In this document: piece by piece, positions 42,331 to 56,324 of the stretch
Layout of the letters: every line of letters starts with the position of its first letter
Numbering within the stretch: the stretch's first letter is position 1
Origin: Eledone cirrhosa
Taxonomy: Eukaryota
Length of the DNA stretch: 64,000 nucleotides
Reading direction: 5' to 3'
Assembly (NCBI GenBank): GCA_964016885.1
Contig: OZ024749.1
Location: forward strand, 22,630,001-22,694,000
Position numbers and translations under genes: made by a program
The notes under the pieces: generated by a model
Databases searched by the model: none
Told to the model about the DNA's origin: nothing
What the model saw: the letters and a program-made list of their open reading frames with translations, nothing else

Positions 42331-42454
42331 AATCTATCAGCCAGGATTTCCTTCTTTGAAGGCCTGCCAACCAAGGATTGACTGTATTGGAAAAAATGGC
42401 GGTGGATTGGGAAACGGATAAAATCGTGTGTGTTATTCAGTTTCATAACTTTAT

Positions 42455-42760
42455 GTGAAGGTGGGTGGCTTTGTGGTTATGGTATTCGACTCACAATCGT
42501 AAGTTCGTGAGTTCGATTCCTGGCGACGCGTTGTGCCATTGAGCAAGACATTTTATTTCACGTTGCTCCAGTCCCTGCAGCTGGCAAAACCGAGCTGTAC
42601 CTGTAATTCAAGAGTCAGCCTTATCACATTCTGTGTCCCGCCGAATCTCCTTGAGAACTACGATAAAGGTACGCGTGTCTGTAGAATGCTCAGTCACTTG
42701 CACGTTATTTTCACAATCGCATCAACTTGATCACCCGTCGTCGTAACCGACGAAGTGCCT
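42455..42760 (+). mobile_element. SINE family B, near full length (tRNA head, CORE-like domain)
   Basis: gtgaaggtgggtggctttgtggtta...gagttcgattcct...ttgtgccattgagcaagacattttatttcacgttgctccagt. Confidence 0.85.
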
Positions 42761-42969
42761 TCCATTTCAACTTTGTATTCTTAGTTCAAATCCTATCGAT
42801 CTAGAAATTGTCATTCACCCTTCCAGAGATCGATATATTAATCCCTACTTCAGCATTAATTTCCATAATACCTTCGACCGAATCGTCAGGAACCATCTTC
42901 AGTACCTGAAATCTGTAAATATCAAATTGTTTTTATTTATTTAACAGTAATAAATTGAAGTTTATAATA

Positions 42970-43186
42970 ATGGTTTCTTATACAGGCACAAGGCCAGCAA
43001 TATTGGGAGAGGGGAAAGTCGACTAAATTGACCCCAGTGCATGACTGGTACTTTATTTTATCGACCCCGTAAGGATGAAAGGTAAAGTTAACCTCAGTGG
43101 GATTTGAACTCAGATCATAAAGGGTCGTAACTCTATGCTGCAAAGCATGGCGTCCGATCCTCTACCGATATTGCCAATCCACCACC
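42970..43186 (-). mobile_element. SINE family A, full length (other copies 46745-46840 +, 46902-47118 -, ~51000-51169 -, 56122-56303 +)
   Basis: Reverse complement of the family A consensus. Confidence 0.9.
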
Positions 43187-43955
43187 CTCAATAGTGTTTA
43201 TAATAATAAATACAATTTAATAGAAAAAGAAAAAAAAATGAGATTGAGAAGAAAGAATGGAATGTAAAATAAGAAAACATAAAAAAACGGAAAAAAAGAA
43301 AGGCAAGGGCTCTAGTGTCATGGAAGAATAGGGAGCGGGAGGGCTGGGGTGATTGGGCTCTGGGCCTAGAGTGCCGTGGTAATAGGGTTGCGCCACGCCG
43401 ACAAGACTGCAGAAGCATTCCCGCAGACAATGGCCAGAGACACCAGCTGCAACAGCCACCGCACATCGCGGTTCTCCCATCTTGTGGAGGAGCTCGACAG
43501 TGAGGGGTCCAAGTTACCCCTCAGGTCTCGACGGAGACCTGTGCGGGAGGAAGCGACTGGACAATCCCCAGTATTTGTTTATTTTCCTTTACTCTGCATA
43601 GCGGGCGCTAAAAAAAAAAAAAAAAACCCCAAATCTAACAAAATATTAAATTGTTGAATGAAGCAATGGAACAATGTGAAATGAAAATGTTATATCACAC
43701 CGCAAATTTCTGTGATCAAATCTACGACCTTACGTCCGTGGTTTCAATACTCTAATCATCAAACCACGGACTGTTATATACTGTTTAAAATATTAAAAAT
43801 ATCACAGAGATGGACCGAACAACTGAACTCTACCAGAAAATTGTACAAGTAGGGAAAGAGAATTCTCGAATTGATCAGAATCTCCAGCAATTCCTTCTCC
43901 TCCACTAATTCTTGAGTTTAGTAAAAACGAATAAGGATATAGAATATCTATATCT

Positions 43956-44705
<750 letters not shown>

Positions 44706-45380
44706 ACAACGAAATTTTATCGAAACAAAATTAGCAATTCCAAATTAATTTTGTGTATTTTCAATGAGTGAAAATGATTATGGTAGATTAGATAGAATAG
44801 GAGAAATTTATTTCCTCACAAAATATTCCGTCTCGAAAATTTTATTACAGGTGTCTAGAATAATCGAGATATTTCCATAATAATAGAATTACAAGTTAAA
44901 TTCTTCGAAATATCATATGAGGAAAAACTAATTAATAGAATCCGAAGAAAAAATAAGTTAAATTTGAATATAGAGGATATAGAATTTTTCTTGGTATAAT
45001 TCAAAGCAAATATTTCGAAATTGATTTAGGTTTTCTGCATTGGGGTAAGTGTAACAATTTCGTTCAATAATGCAGTTGATAAATATAGAAGAGAATGTTC
45101 TGGGAGGGTTTGGAGGTGGCGTGGAGGGATGAATCAACAGCAAAAAGAAAAACAGAAGAAAAATTAAAGAAGAAAATAACTACTGGTTGTAAAAAGTTGA
45201 AATTGGAAAGATGCATGCTGCATTGTGCTTATAGAATCAGGCGTCCTTATAGTAGCAAGGTTTCCTGTCTCCAATTTGAAATCCAATCTTTATATCAAAA
45301 TTAGAGATAGAGCGGTGTATAAACAAAAAATGTGGATTTATATATATATATATATATGTATTAATCCTGCATCTTATTTA

Positions 45381-45475
<95 letters not shown>

Positions 45476-45517
45476 TACATACATATATACATATTAATTC
45501 TCATTTTTATTTATTAT

Positions 45518-45577
<60 letters not shown>

Positions 45578-46190
45578 TGGTCGATATACGTACATATATT
45601 ATTTAGAGAATATCAATCTTTGCAATTGTTGCAACGTTCTTTCGATGAAGCCGAATGTAATGCAATTATCTCAATCAACTGGGATTTGCCATTCTGCTCG
45701 AGAAAATACAAAAATCTCTCAGGGATTGTAGCGCCAGAAGAAGAACAACAACAATAACAAAGGCATATAAAAGTATGACGTTAGAACGTTTTTTTTTTTC
45801 TTGAGGCGGGGAAACTCTAATATGATCGTTAGAATTAATTTTAACAGCCGCAGTTTCCGTTTTCCGTTTAGAACCCATTTATTATTTTCTGATGCTAATG
45901 TCCATTACAAAGAAAGAAAAGTGTCGACGAAAAATTATTAAAGACGCCAACCAGCAAAGAATTTAATTATCCATATAAATGAAAATAAAAGAAAATTACG
46001 ACAAAAACCTAACCAAAACAACCCCTTATCGAAAAAAAAATGAACGAAATAAAATGAGGGCAATTTTATAAGTAAATCTCGCTGTAATTGGATGTAAATG
46101 TTGTGATCAAGTTACACGTTGCTATACAGATTATAAATATTGTATGTATTCAGCAAAATGATTGGAGTAAGTATATGTGTGTGTGTTTGT

Positions 46191-46436
46191 GACAGCTCAC
46201 ACCTATGGAGGTTTAGCTGGCCTCCTCCAAAGTATATCTCGTTGGTGGTGTCTTGGGTAATTTTAATGATATGGATCCCAGTCCCTATCATCTCATTTCT
46301 ACAGCTCAGTAAACTGGAGCAACGTGACATAAAGTGTCGTGCTCAAGGAAACAACACATCACCCGGTCCGAGAATTGAACTGACAACCTTTCGATTGCAA
46401 GCCCAATACTCTGACCACTAAACCATGCGACTTCGC
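46191..46436 (-). mobile_element. CORE-like tRNA SINE with a different tail (second copy 47491-47735)
   Basis: Two ~245-bp copies. The minus strand reads tRNA-like head then gtgttgtttccttgagcaagacactttatttcacgtt.ctccagt. Confidence 0.85.
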
Positions 46437-47735
46437 AAGTATATACCCAGTAAGTATATACCGAGGCGATATTTTAATCCCAACTTCACACGGACGCCGT
46501 CATACCCAAATGTCAACTTTTAAACAAATTAAAGATTACAGTCATACAACAGTACTTTGCTCGTAATAGTGAGATATGGGGAGGGTGAGAGAGATGGAGG
46601 CGATGAAAGTGGGAGTTTGGCTCCTCTCTGTTCGGACCTCGTGTACGTGTATGTACATGTTTACTGTCTTCTCAAAAGACTCATTATTTAGCCTAAATAA
46701 AATCAATATATTTATTAACAACAATACTTATATTATTATTCATTTTACTTTGCCTTTCATCCTTACGGGGTCGATAAAATAAAGTACCAGTACTGCACTG
46801 GGTAATTGCTGGCCTTGTGCCAAAAGTAGAAACAATTATTCATTTATTTGTGTATTTATTGATTTATTTGACCCGTACTTGTTTTGTAGACTGGGGAAGT
46901 GATGGTTTCCCATTTAGGCACAAGGACCAACCATTTTGGGGGAGGGGGAAAGTCGATTAAATCGACGCCAGTGCGTTACTGGTACTTTAGTTTTCGACCC
47001 TGTAAGGAGCAAAGGCAAAGCTAACCTAGGCGGGGTTTGAAATCAGAACGTAAAGGGTCGTAACTCAATGCTGCAAAGCAAGTTATGTGATGTTCTACTG
47101 ATACTGCTAATCCACCATCTGTGTTGAGGAAATAATGGTTTCTAATTTAGGCAGCACCCACTTTGAGAACCTCTTCTGTAGAAGATGTCTTTTCTAACTA
47201 CACATATCACGTGTTGCTCAGTTCTTTGATGTCATTTACATGAATTTAGTAAAAGACGCACGAATCATGAAACAAAAGCTTTATTTTAGAAGAAATCGGC
47301 TTGAGAATCTTCTAATCAATAAATCCACCGTTATCATTGATGACATTTTCAATACGAGATCTGAAACCATGACATGTCCAAAGCATTGACGTTGATTGAA
47401 TTTCCCCTCGTGTGTGCCCTATACATAACAGTCCAACTGATTCAGATTAGGAGATCTAACAGACCATATATGTGTTGTTGTTGTTGTTGTTACAGCTCAC
47501 ACCTATGCAGCTTTAGCTGGCCTCCTCCAATGTATATCTCATTGGAGGTGCCTTGGGTGATTTAATGATAGGGACCCCAGTCATATCAGCTCATTTCTAC
47601 AGCTGAGTAAACTGGAGAAACGTGAAATAAAGTGTCTTGCTCAAGGAAACAACACATCATCCGGTCCGAGAGTTGAACTGACAACCTTTCAATTGCAATC
47701 CCAATGCCCTAACCACTAAACCATGCGCCTTCACC

Positions 47736-48060
47736 ATATATTTGGGTCATGTGGTTGTACATCATCCATTCGTGGTTCGTCGTGGCCATATGAGATAGCG
47801 CAATTATGTCATTAGGCGTATGAACTACCTTTGCTCATGCTCTCTACGAAAAGTCTCACAACCAATTCCAACATCTCCTTATAGTCAGCGGCATTGACCA
47901 TTAAGCTCCGAGAAAAGAAGTGAGGAGGCATGGCATCTCCCTCGTTGCTTACGACTCCCAGAAAGATCACAGTTGCCTTAAACTGTGTGTATGACAGCTG
48001 GAACGCCATCAAGGTCTCTGCATAACTATCTCTTATTGTTTCGGTTGCCCGCCACACACA
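47736..48060 (-). pseudogene. Tc1/mariner (maT/DD37D-like) transposase fragment
   Basis: FKATVIFLGVVSNEGDAMPPHFF...VNAADYKEMLE, continuing after stops/frameshift as ALSHMA...HEWM. Confidence 0.75.
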
Positions 48061-48119
48061 TTTTCAAAAACTCATTTCATGTTTGTCTCCCCTTAGATAA
48101 CTCTTCAATAGTCTGAATG

Positions 48120-48385
48120 TTTCATTTTGAAAGATGGTTGACAACAACATGCACTTTCTCTCCAATATATTTTTTCAATCGTTTTCTCTTTTTAACCTCA
48201 TCTATTTTTCATCATCTCTATCACAAACATTATCCCATCTGCATTTCAGTCTCTCTCCCGATGAAGGAGAAACGTCCGAAACTGTAAGAACCTTTTCCAC
48301 AACTTCATCATGCGGTACACTCATGCACCATCATTACCTAGTATTATTGCACTGTGTTATTTTTCTTTCCTTGTTGACTTCTCTT
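48120..48385 (+). mobile_element. PLE pLTR remnant with degenerate hammerhead 48254-48289
   Basis: CCGATGA-a-gga-gaaacg-tcc-GAAA-ctg-TA-agaa. Stem I is imperfect. Confidence 0.5.
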
Positions 48386-48403
48386 ATATATATATAAAAT
48401 AAC

Positions 48404-48533
<130 letters not shown>

Positions 48534-48625
48534 ATATATATCTGTGTGTATATATATATATATATATATGTGTGTATAATAAAGTTAAATAAAAAGTCAA
48601 ATGATTAAATTTAGCTTCGCTTATT

Positions 48626-48680
48626 ACTGCTATATATATTTCTGTGGCAGCCATCTTTGGCTGTGACCTCTTCAGGCAGT
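48626..48680 (-). ncRNA. Type I hammerhead ribozyme in a mini element (~48578-48930)
   Basis: Minus strand: actgc-CTGAAGA-ggtca-cagcca-aaga-tggctg-ccaca-GAAA-tatata-TA-gcagt. Confidence 0.72.
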
Positions 48681-48932
48681 TTCAATTAGTATGCTATAGA
48701 CAAGTACATATGTTGTTGAGGTGTATAATATTGTCAATACTCTGATATACCCAGTTTCTGGTTGGGTTGTTATTTCACTGAGGAACTGGAATCATATATG
48801 AATCATATAAGACTTTTTATTTAACTTTATTTTACACTACTCCGGAGTAACCAAACCACCCTGCGCACTTCGCCGAGTGCTCCAGCCTGCATACTGAGGT
48901 GTTGGTATACAACCAACATAAACTCAAAATCT

Positions 48933-48978
<46 letters not shown>

Positions 48979-48980
<2 letters not shown>

Positions 48981-49120
48981 CGAAGGAAATGTGGTAAGGA
49001 ACCAGGTGGACCATAACGTACCAAAGTACTCAATACTTAGGGTAGTAGAGTGGGTAATTCTGGACGTCCAGAGTTAGCCGTCGAAACGGCTTGAGCTCAG
49101 CCGTCGGAGTCCTACTCGTT

Positions 49121-49123
<3 letters not shown>
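48979..49123. mobile_element. 318/4592-family element: inverted tail joined to a forward arm ending at the same boundary
   Basis: 48979-49058 is the reverse complement of the tail, and 49059-49123 ends ...ctactcgttccta. Confidence 0.75.
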
Positions 49124-49158
<35 letters not shown>

Positions 49159-49205
49159 TATATATACATACATATGTTATATATATATATACGTGCATAT
49201 ATATG

Positions 49206-49253
<48 letters not shown>

Positions 49254-49894
49254 GTATGCATATGTATGTATATTCAGTTTCTTAATGTCTTTTTATTTTT
49301 AGGGCTATTTTATATTTTATTACTTACTATTCTTTGTATATACTCCGAAAAAAAATATTGATTTGATATTTCAAAGTTTGTTTGATATGAAAACATAAAT
49401 ACACCATTAAAATATCCGGTCTTCGTTCTTTCCATTTGATCTCTCGTATGTAACAAGGCACTGATTGGAACTGATATCTTTTCATGTGTCTATAATATCG
49501 CAACTAAGAAGCCTTGAGATTTTGTTTTTACAATATTGAATCATAAACGTGGCTGAGCCGTCAGACATAAAAAATTTCGCCATCTTTTCATGTTTTATTT
49601 CGTTTATATATTTCCGCTGATTGTCTTAAACAATTCACCGTTTCCTTTATTTTATATCTTGGAATGTTTTCTTTAAAATTCTTGCTCAGTGATTTAGTAG
49701 TTGTACTTAAAAATAAAACTATCTGTAGTTAAAAATATATAAAATAAAAGATATCTGAGTAGCAAAACACTGAATTATTTCATATTATTTATGCATTACA
49801 CTTTGGTGATATGTACCACCGTTGTCTTTATTGTTGTTATTGGTGCTGTTGCTGTTTGCGTTGTTGTTATTGTTGTTGTTGTTGCTGTTGTTGC

Positions 49895-49926
<32 letters not shown>

Positions 49927-50054
49927 CTGTTGTTGCTGCTGCTGTTTTTATTGTTTAGGATGTTGTCAGTGCTGATCTAGCTGATTTACGATCAATGATG
50001 TTCCAGCTATTCTCATTATATTCCTTATTCAGATTGCATACTGATGTAGCCAAA

Positions 50055-50086
<32 letters not shown>

Positions 50087-51998
50087 CAAAGAAATAAAGA
50101 AATAAATAAATAAATAAAGAAAGAAAGAAAGAAAGGAATAAAGAAAGAAACAGGAAAGAAAAACATGGATCTACGTGTGATTTTAAAGATTTGAATGGTA
50201 TGTTTTGCTCTATCTGTTTTGGTTCTCTATGTTCAGATGTCGAATCTCACCTGATGTCAACAGACAAACTACAACACTTCTGCTACGAATGGTAACTGAC
50301 ACATGATATGACAGTTGGCTCTAAAGTTCATAGTTTGAACAAGATACTCCAATCAAATGACCAAATGAAGTTTATTTTTCAACATAGTCCTCTGAAAGAA
50401 ACAATGGAAATATTAATAACAATGTGTTGAAATTAATACATGCAAGATTTCACAGCGCTAGCATTATTCCTTCATAGTCAGCCAATGAACCTTTCAGCAA
50501 TTTGAAAACCAATGGAAACAGTTCTAATGGAAACATAGTTTCCTGGGTCAATCCAAAGATCAGCCATTCAATATTGTGTGATGGATATAATCAACTGTAT
50601 ATATCCTAAATAATATCTTCTCACCAACAACAAAAAGTAAGGAATATTTCGTTACAGCTTATTACTGTGTCAATGACTTGAAACTTAGGCGGGTCAACTG
50701 AAAAATTCATTGGCTAGTCTACTTAAAATAAGAATTTATCTGGTCTACTTGAAAAGAAATATCTATTTACATAAATGATCCGAAATAGCTACCAACAGAT
50801 ATGGGAACGATATCGTTGATGCATGAATATATAGTTATTTAACTCCTGATAGAGTCATAGGGGTGCCGTATTGATATAAAGCGTTTCTCGGGCATTTTAA
50901 GCCTAGCGGAGCCCATCCCTCTCCAGGCAAAGAGCAAATTTGTATAGCAAATTTCTTCCAGAGAGAGAGAGATAGATAAAATGGAAATAAGAAAGAGATA
51001 TAGCGGAAGAATCAATCAAGTACTAGACTGGTACATTTTTAACGACCCTGAAAGGACGAGAGGCGAAGTTGACCTCAGCGGGATTTGAACTCAGAGAGAG
51101 CAAAGAGCCGGAACGAATACCACAAAACATTCTATAAGACGTTTTGACGTCTCTGACAGTTCACCGCCTTATATCGTTGATAAAGTTAGCTAGAAAAGTA
51201 AATTTTGCTAGACAATACATGTATTTTCCCTTAATAGATTTCTCAATATATTGTGTAGAAACAACGAAATCATGTTATTTGCTTTAGAGGAAAAAAGTTA
51301 GAATATATATAGAGGAAAAGAGATTAAACATCACATTTATATCACATTTATATATACATAAATACAGTGTATAAAGTACGAATATATATATGTATGTGTG
51401 TGTGAGTGTGTGTGTGAGTATCTGCGTACTTATATATGTATATATCAACGTTCACACACATAAATAAACATGTGTATACATACATGCACACACACACACA
51501 TACACACACACGCACATATATATATATATACATGTATATATATAAATAATTCAAATAAATATATATATATATATATATATATATGCATATATGCATACAT
51601 ACATATCTCTGGTCATTTGAATGTCAAACATACAACATACTTCCATTAACAGAAATGTATATGGGATTAAATAATGAAAAATGACACTAAAGATGGAAAA
51701 CATGAAATTAATTATATATAAAAAATATTTTGTAAAGAGGTAAACACGATAATTTGTTCTCCATTGTTGTACATCCTAAAGGAAATTAACTGTCTTGATG
51801 AATCTCACTTTAACATATTAAATTAAATTATTTTAAAATATATATATGGTTGTATATATATATATATATATGTATACATATGTATATATAAATGTATGTA
51901 TATGTATACATATGTATATATATAAATGTATATATATATTTATATATTTATGCATATGTAAATATATATATATATATATTTATATATGTATATATATG

Positions 51999-52033
<35 letters not shown>

Positions 52034-52237
52034 ACATATGTATATATAAATGTATGTATATGTATACATATGTATATATAAATGTATATATATATTTATA
52101 TATTTATGCATATGTAAATATATATATATATATATTTATATATGTATATATATATATGTATGTATATATATATGTATAAATATATATATATATATATTTA
52201 TATTTGTATATATATGTGTGTATATATATTTATATAT

Positions 52238-54230
52238 TTCGTTTCTGAATTTGTTTAGCAAGATTCTTTATCTGAAAACGTGTGTTGAAACCGATATTGT
52301 TATACTTTGGGAGGGTCATGTTGCCAATAAGAAACACACGCACCAGTTGCTTTCACTTCAATTTATTATAAAGGAAATTTATAAATTTCCGGTTGGTTGG
52401 TTGGTTCCACAACCAGACGATTGTTCATATATTGTCAAAGTTCTTTCGTCACATATTCTGTGACCTCTTCAGTGACTGGGGATTCTTTTCTTTGTTTTTG
52501 TGCCTCTCCTTTGTTTTGTACAACGCCATCTTGTTTGTGTGTTTGTTGTGTGTTTAGTTTGCGCATGTGTTACATCCGGGTTACATGGCGTAATGGAGAG
52601 ATTGCATGCTTTCCAACAGAATGTCGGTTGACAGTCTGTCAAACTACATCCAGGCAATGCAACCCCACAACTAAAACAAGAGAAATAACACCACGAGAGC
52701 ATGAGGATAGCGAAAAAACCCTCAATGCCCATATGATGATGTGGACAAACATAATGCAGCCCAACAAAAGGACTGCCAACAACTTCCAGGAACAATGACG
52801 TGCCAGCGTTGTATGCGCTTCGAAAAGACCATAAAAAGAGCAGTGACCCTGTCACAGGACCACCGACACGGCCAGTCTGTGGAGCTAACATTGCTAGTCA
52901 TTACAGACTTTCCTACTTCCTCTCCCTGATCATACGCCCCATCATTGAAATGTCCCCAGATATATGAGACAGCATGGAGGACCTCCTCAGCAGAATCAGT
53001 GAAAGTAACCGATCTAGAGACCTAACAAACTGCATAATAGGTAGTATGGATGTTGTGTCCCTATATCCATCTATTGACGTGGATTTTGCTGTGGAGAAAT
53101 GCGTAGAAATGATCAGTGAGAGCAATGTTGAGTTCCGTGGGATTGATACCAGTGAGCTGGGACTCATACTTAAACTTACCTATAGTAATAATTACCTAGA
53201 CACATATGACCTTAGCAACCTGTGCCCTACAAGACCAGCAAGAGGCAGACCACCTACCATTACCTCAATGGCCAAGACAACTCACACAGATAGATGGAAC
53301 GGGTGGACCAGAGCCATACGGACCCCCGAAAACCGCGATGAACTAAAGAAAATGATTGCACATGCGGTGGGGGCCAGTATAAAATTAACCCTTAAGGAAT
53401 ATATGTTCAAATTTAATGGAAAAACATATGCCCAAGAGGAGGGAGCAGCCATTGGTGTTAGCATTGCAGGTCACATAGCTAACCTATTCATGATAAGGTG
53501 GGACAATAGAGTTAAACTTAAACTTAAAGAACAATTAGAAGACCGCAACCTCTTAACCCTGATAATGTACTCCCGCCACGTTGATGATATAAACATCGTA
53601 GTAAAAACACCCCCACTAGAGAACAGTCAGGAATTAGAGAAAAACACCATTGAAAGCATCCAGCAAATAGCTAACTCCATCCACCAGAGTATTAGAGTTA
53701 CTATAGACTACCCAAGCAAATACCCGACCATCGATTACCTGTACTAGTCACAGAGCTCTGGTTAGATAATATTAATAACAAAAAAAAAAACAAATCCTCC
53801 ATTCCCATTATGCCAAACCCATGACTTCCAAATATCTGATCCACCGAAACTCAGCTGTTTCGGACCATACCAAAATCAACATACTGATTGCGGATTTGGT
53901 ACGGGTGATGAGAAACGTGTCCCGCATGTGCAACCCCAAAGAACTAGAGAGACACATACAACACTTCATCCACCGTATGCAGTTCTCTGGTTACAATCAG
54001 AGAGATAAAATCAGAGTATATAGAGGAGCCAGAACCAAATGGGATAAAATGGTAAATAATGATACAAATGGGACCTGCCCCCTGTATAGGAGCAAATTTT
54101 GGAATAGAATAGAAAGAACTAGGAATTAGGTTAATAGAATAAACTCATGGTATGATAGCAATAAATACCAGAGTGTAATGTTCATCAATGCAACCCCTAG
54201 AGGTGAATTAGCTTACAAATTTAGAAGGGC
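52238..54230 (+). mobile_element. Second copy of the 864-3884 PLE family: complete pLTR end on minus (52238-52585) joined to a forward RT fragment (52585-54230)
   Basis: High identity to 1800-2845 and 3520-3884. RT motifs GSMDVVSLYPSI and SRHVDD, with stops and frameshifts. Confidence 0.93.
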
Positions 54231-54521
54231 TGAGCTCGTGCCGTTTTAACAGCGAGTTCCAGTCTGGAACTAGCTATTGAAATGTTGAAATGGAGAGAGA
54301 GAGAGAGAGAGAGAGAGGGCGAGAGAAAGAGAGAGGGTGAAAGAGAGAGAGAGTGGGAGAGAGAGAAAGATAATTGTTCAATAAATCTAGTGACACAATA
54401 CCCAGAGTAAGTAGGTGACATAAACACATGCACACACTCACAATCACACACACACACTCACAATCACACACAGATACACACACACACACACACACACAAT
54501 ATAAATCTACACATATATACA

Positions 54522-54692
54522 TATTTAATTAGAAAGTGAACAACACAATATATAACTACTCCATTACCAAAGGATCCAGAAACATTTTGTAATGGAGTAG
54601 TTATATATTCTGTTGCTCACTTTCTAATTAAATAGCTCTGTTCAATACATAGAGCACTCTTTTATCCTTTGCTTTTTCTTCGGAATTACCTA
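54522..54692 (+). mobile_element. Fold-back mini element (hairpin 54522-54634 plus tail) with hammerhead 3' half
   Basis: tatttaattagaaagtgaacaac.../...gttgctcactttctaattaaata, GAAA-cattttg-TA-atgg, and tail gctctg...tagagcact. Confidence 0.7.
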
Positions 54693-54896
54693 ACACACAC
54701 ACAGCTCCTAACGCGAATGATCGAAGCAAATTCTGCCTATCTATGGGATTGGATCTTCCAACCTGATAAGTCGAGTACTCGACAGTTATAAGGATATTAA
54801 CCAACACTATCGTGGATTGGCAGCAGTGTCGGTAGAGTGTCGGACGCCATGCTTTGAAGAATAGAGTTACATCCCTTTATGATCTGAGTTAAAATC

Positions 54897-56000
54897 CCGA
54901 CTAACATGCTGTTCCGGACTATAAGCTAACATGTTGTTCCGGACTATAAACTAACATGCTGTTCCGGACTATAAGCTAACATGCTGTACATACTATAAAC
55001 TAACATGTTGTTCTGGACTATAAGATACAATGCTGTTCCGGACTATAAGCTAACATGCTGTTCCGGACTATAAGCTAACATGCTGTTCCGGACTATAAGC
55101 TAACATGTTATTCAGGACTATAAGCTAACATGCTGTTCCGGACTATAAGCTAACATGTTATTCAGGACTATAAGCTAACATGCTGTTCCGGACTATAAGC
55201 TAGCATGCTGTTCCGAACTATAAGCTAGCATGATGTTCCGGACTATAAGCTAGCATGCTGTTCCGGACTATAATTTAACGTTGTTCCGGACTCTAAGCTA
55301 ACATGCTGTTCCGGACTATAAGCTAAATGCTGTTCCGGACTATAAGCTAACATGCTGTACTGGACTATAAGCTAACATGTTGTTCCGGACTATAAGCTAA
55401 CATGCTGTTCCGGACTATAAGCTAACATGCTGTACCGGATTATAAGCTAACATGTTGTTCCGGACTATAAGCTAACATGTTGTTCCGGACTATAAGCTAA
55501 CATGCTGTTCCGGACTATAAGCTAACATGCTGTACCGGATTATAAGCTAACATGTTGTTCCGGACTATAAGCTAACATGCTGTTCCGGACTATAAGCTAA
55601 ATGCTGTTCCGGACTATAAGCTAACATGCTGTACTGGACTATAAGCTAACATGTTGTTCCGGACTATAAGCTAACATGTTGTTCCGGACTATAAGCTAAC
55701 ATGCTGTACCGGACTATAAGCTAACATGTTGTTCCGGACTATAAGCTAACATGTTGTTCCGGACTATAAGCCAACATGCTGTTCCGGACTATAATCAAAC
55801 ATGCTGTTCCGGACTATAATCTAACATGCTGTTCCGGACTATAATCTAACATGCTGTTCCGGACTATAAGCTAACATGCTGTTCCGGTCTATAAGCTAAC
55901 ATGTTGTTCCGGACTATAAGCTAGCATGCTGTTCCGGACTATAAGTTAGCATGTTATTCCGGACTATAAGCTAGCATACTGTTCCGGACTATAAGCTAGC
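54897..56000. repeat. 25-bp minisatellite (gctaacatgctgttccggactataa), ~44 copies
   Basis: Contiguous units with point variants and no spacers. It starts right after a SINE A head (54810-54900). Confidence 0.97.
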
Positions 56001-56324
56001 GTCATGTTTATTGATTTTTGAATTTTCAATAAGATAGGATATAGACTTAATTAAATTGTTGGCAGTTTTTTTATGGGTTCTTTGTTCCACATTTGTGGAC
56101 ATTGTTAAGATAATGATGATAGTGGTGGATTGGCAGAATCGGTGGAGCATCGGGTGAAATATATTGCAGTCATTCGTTACGACTCTTTCTTTACCTTCTG
56201 AGTTCAAATCCCGCCGAGGTTTCCTTTGCTTTTCATCCTTTCGGGGTCGATAAAATAAAGCACCAGTAATAACTGCTGGCCTTGTGCCAAACGTAGAAAC
56301 AACTATATATATATATATAGAGTG

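Noticed and set aside
54897-56000. CRISPR array
   Set aside because: Contiguous 25-bp units with no unique spacers and no cas genes, in a eukaryotic context.
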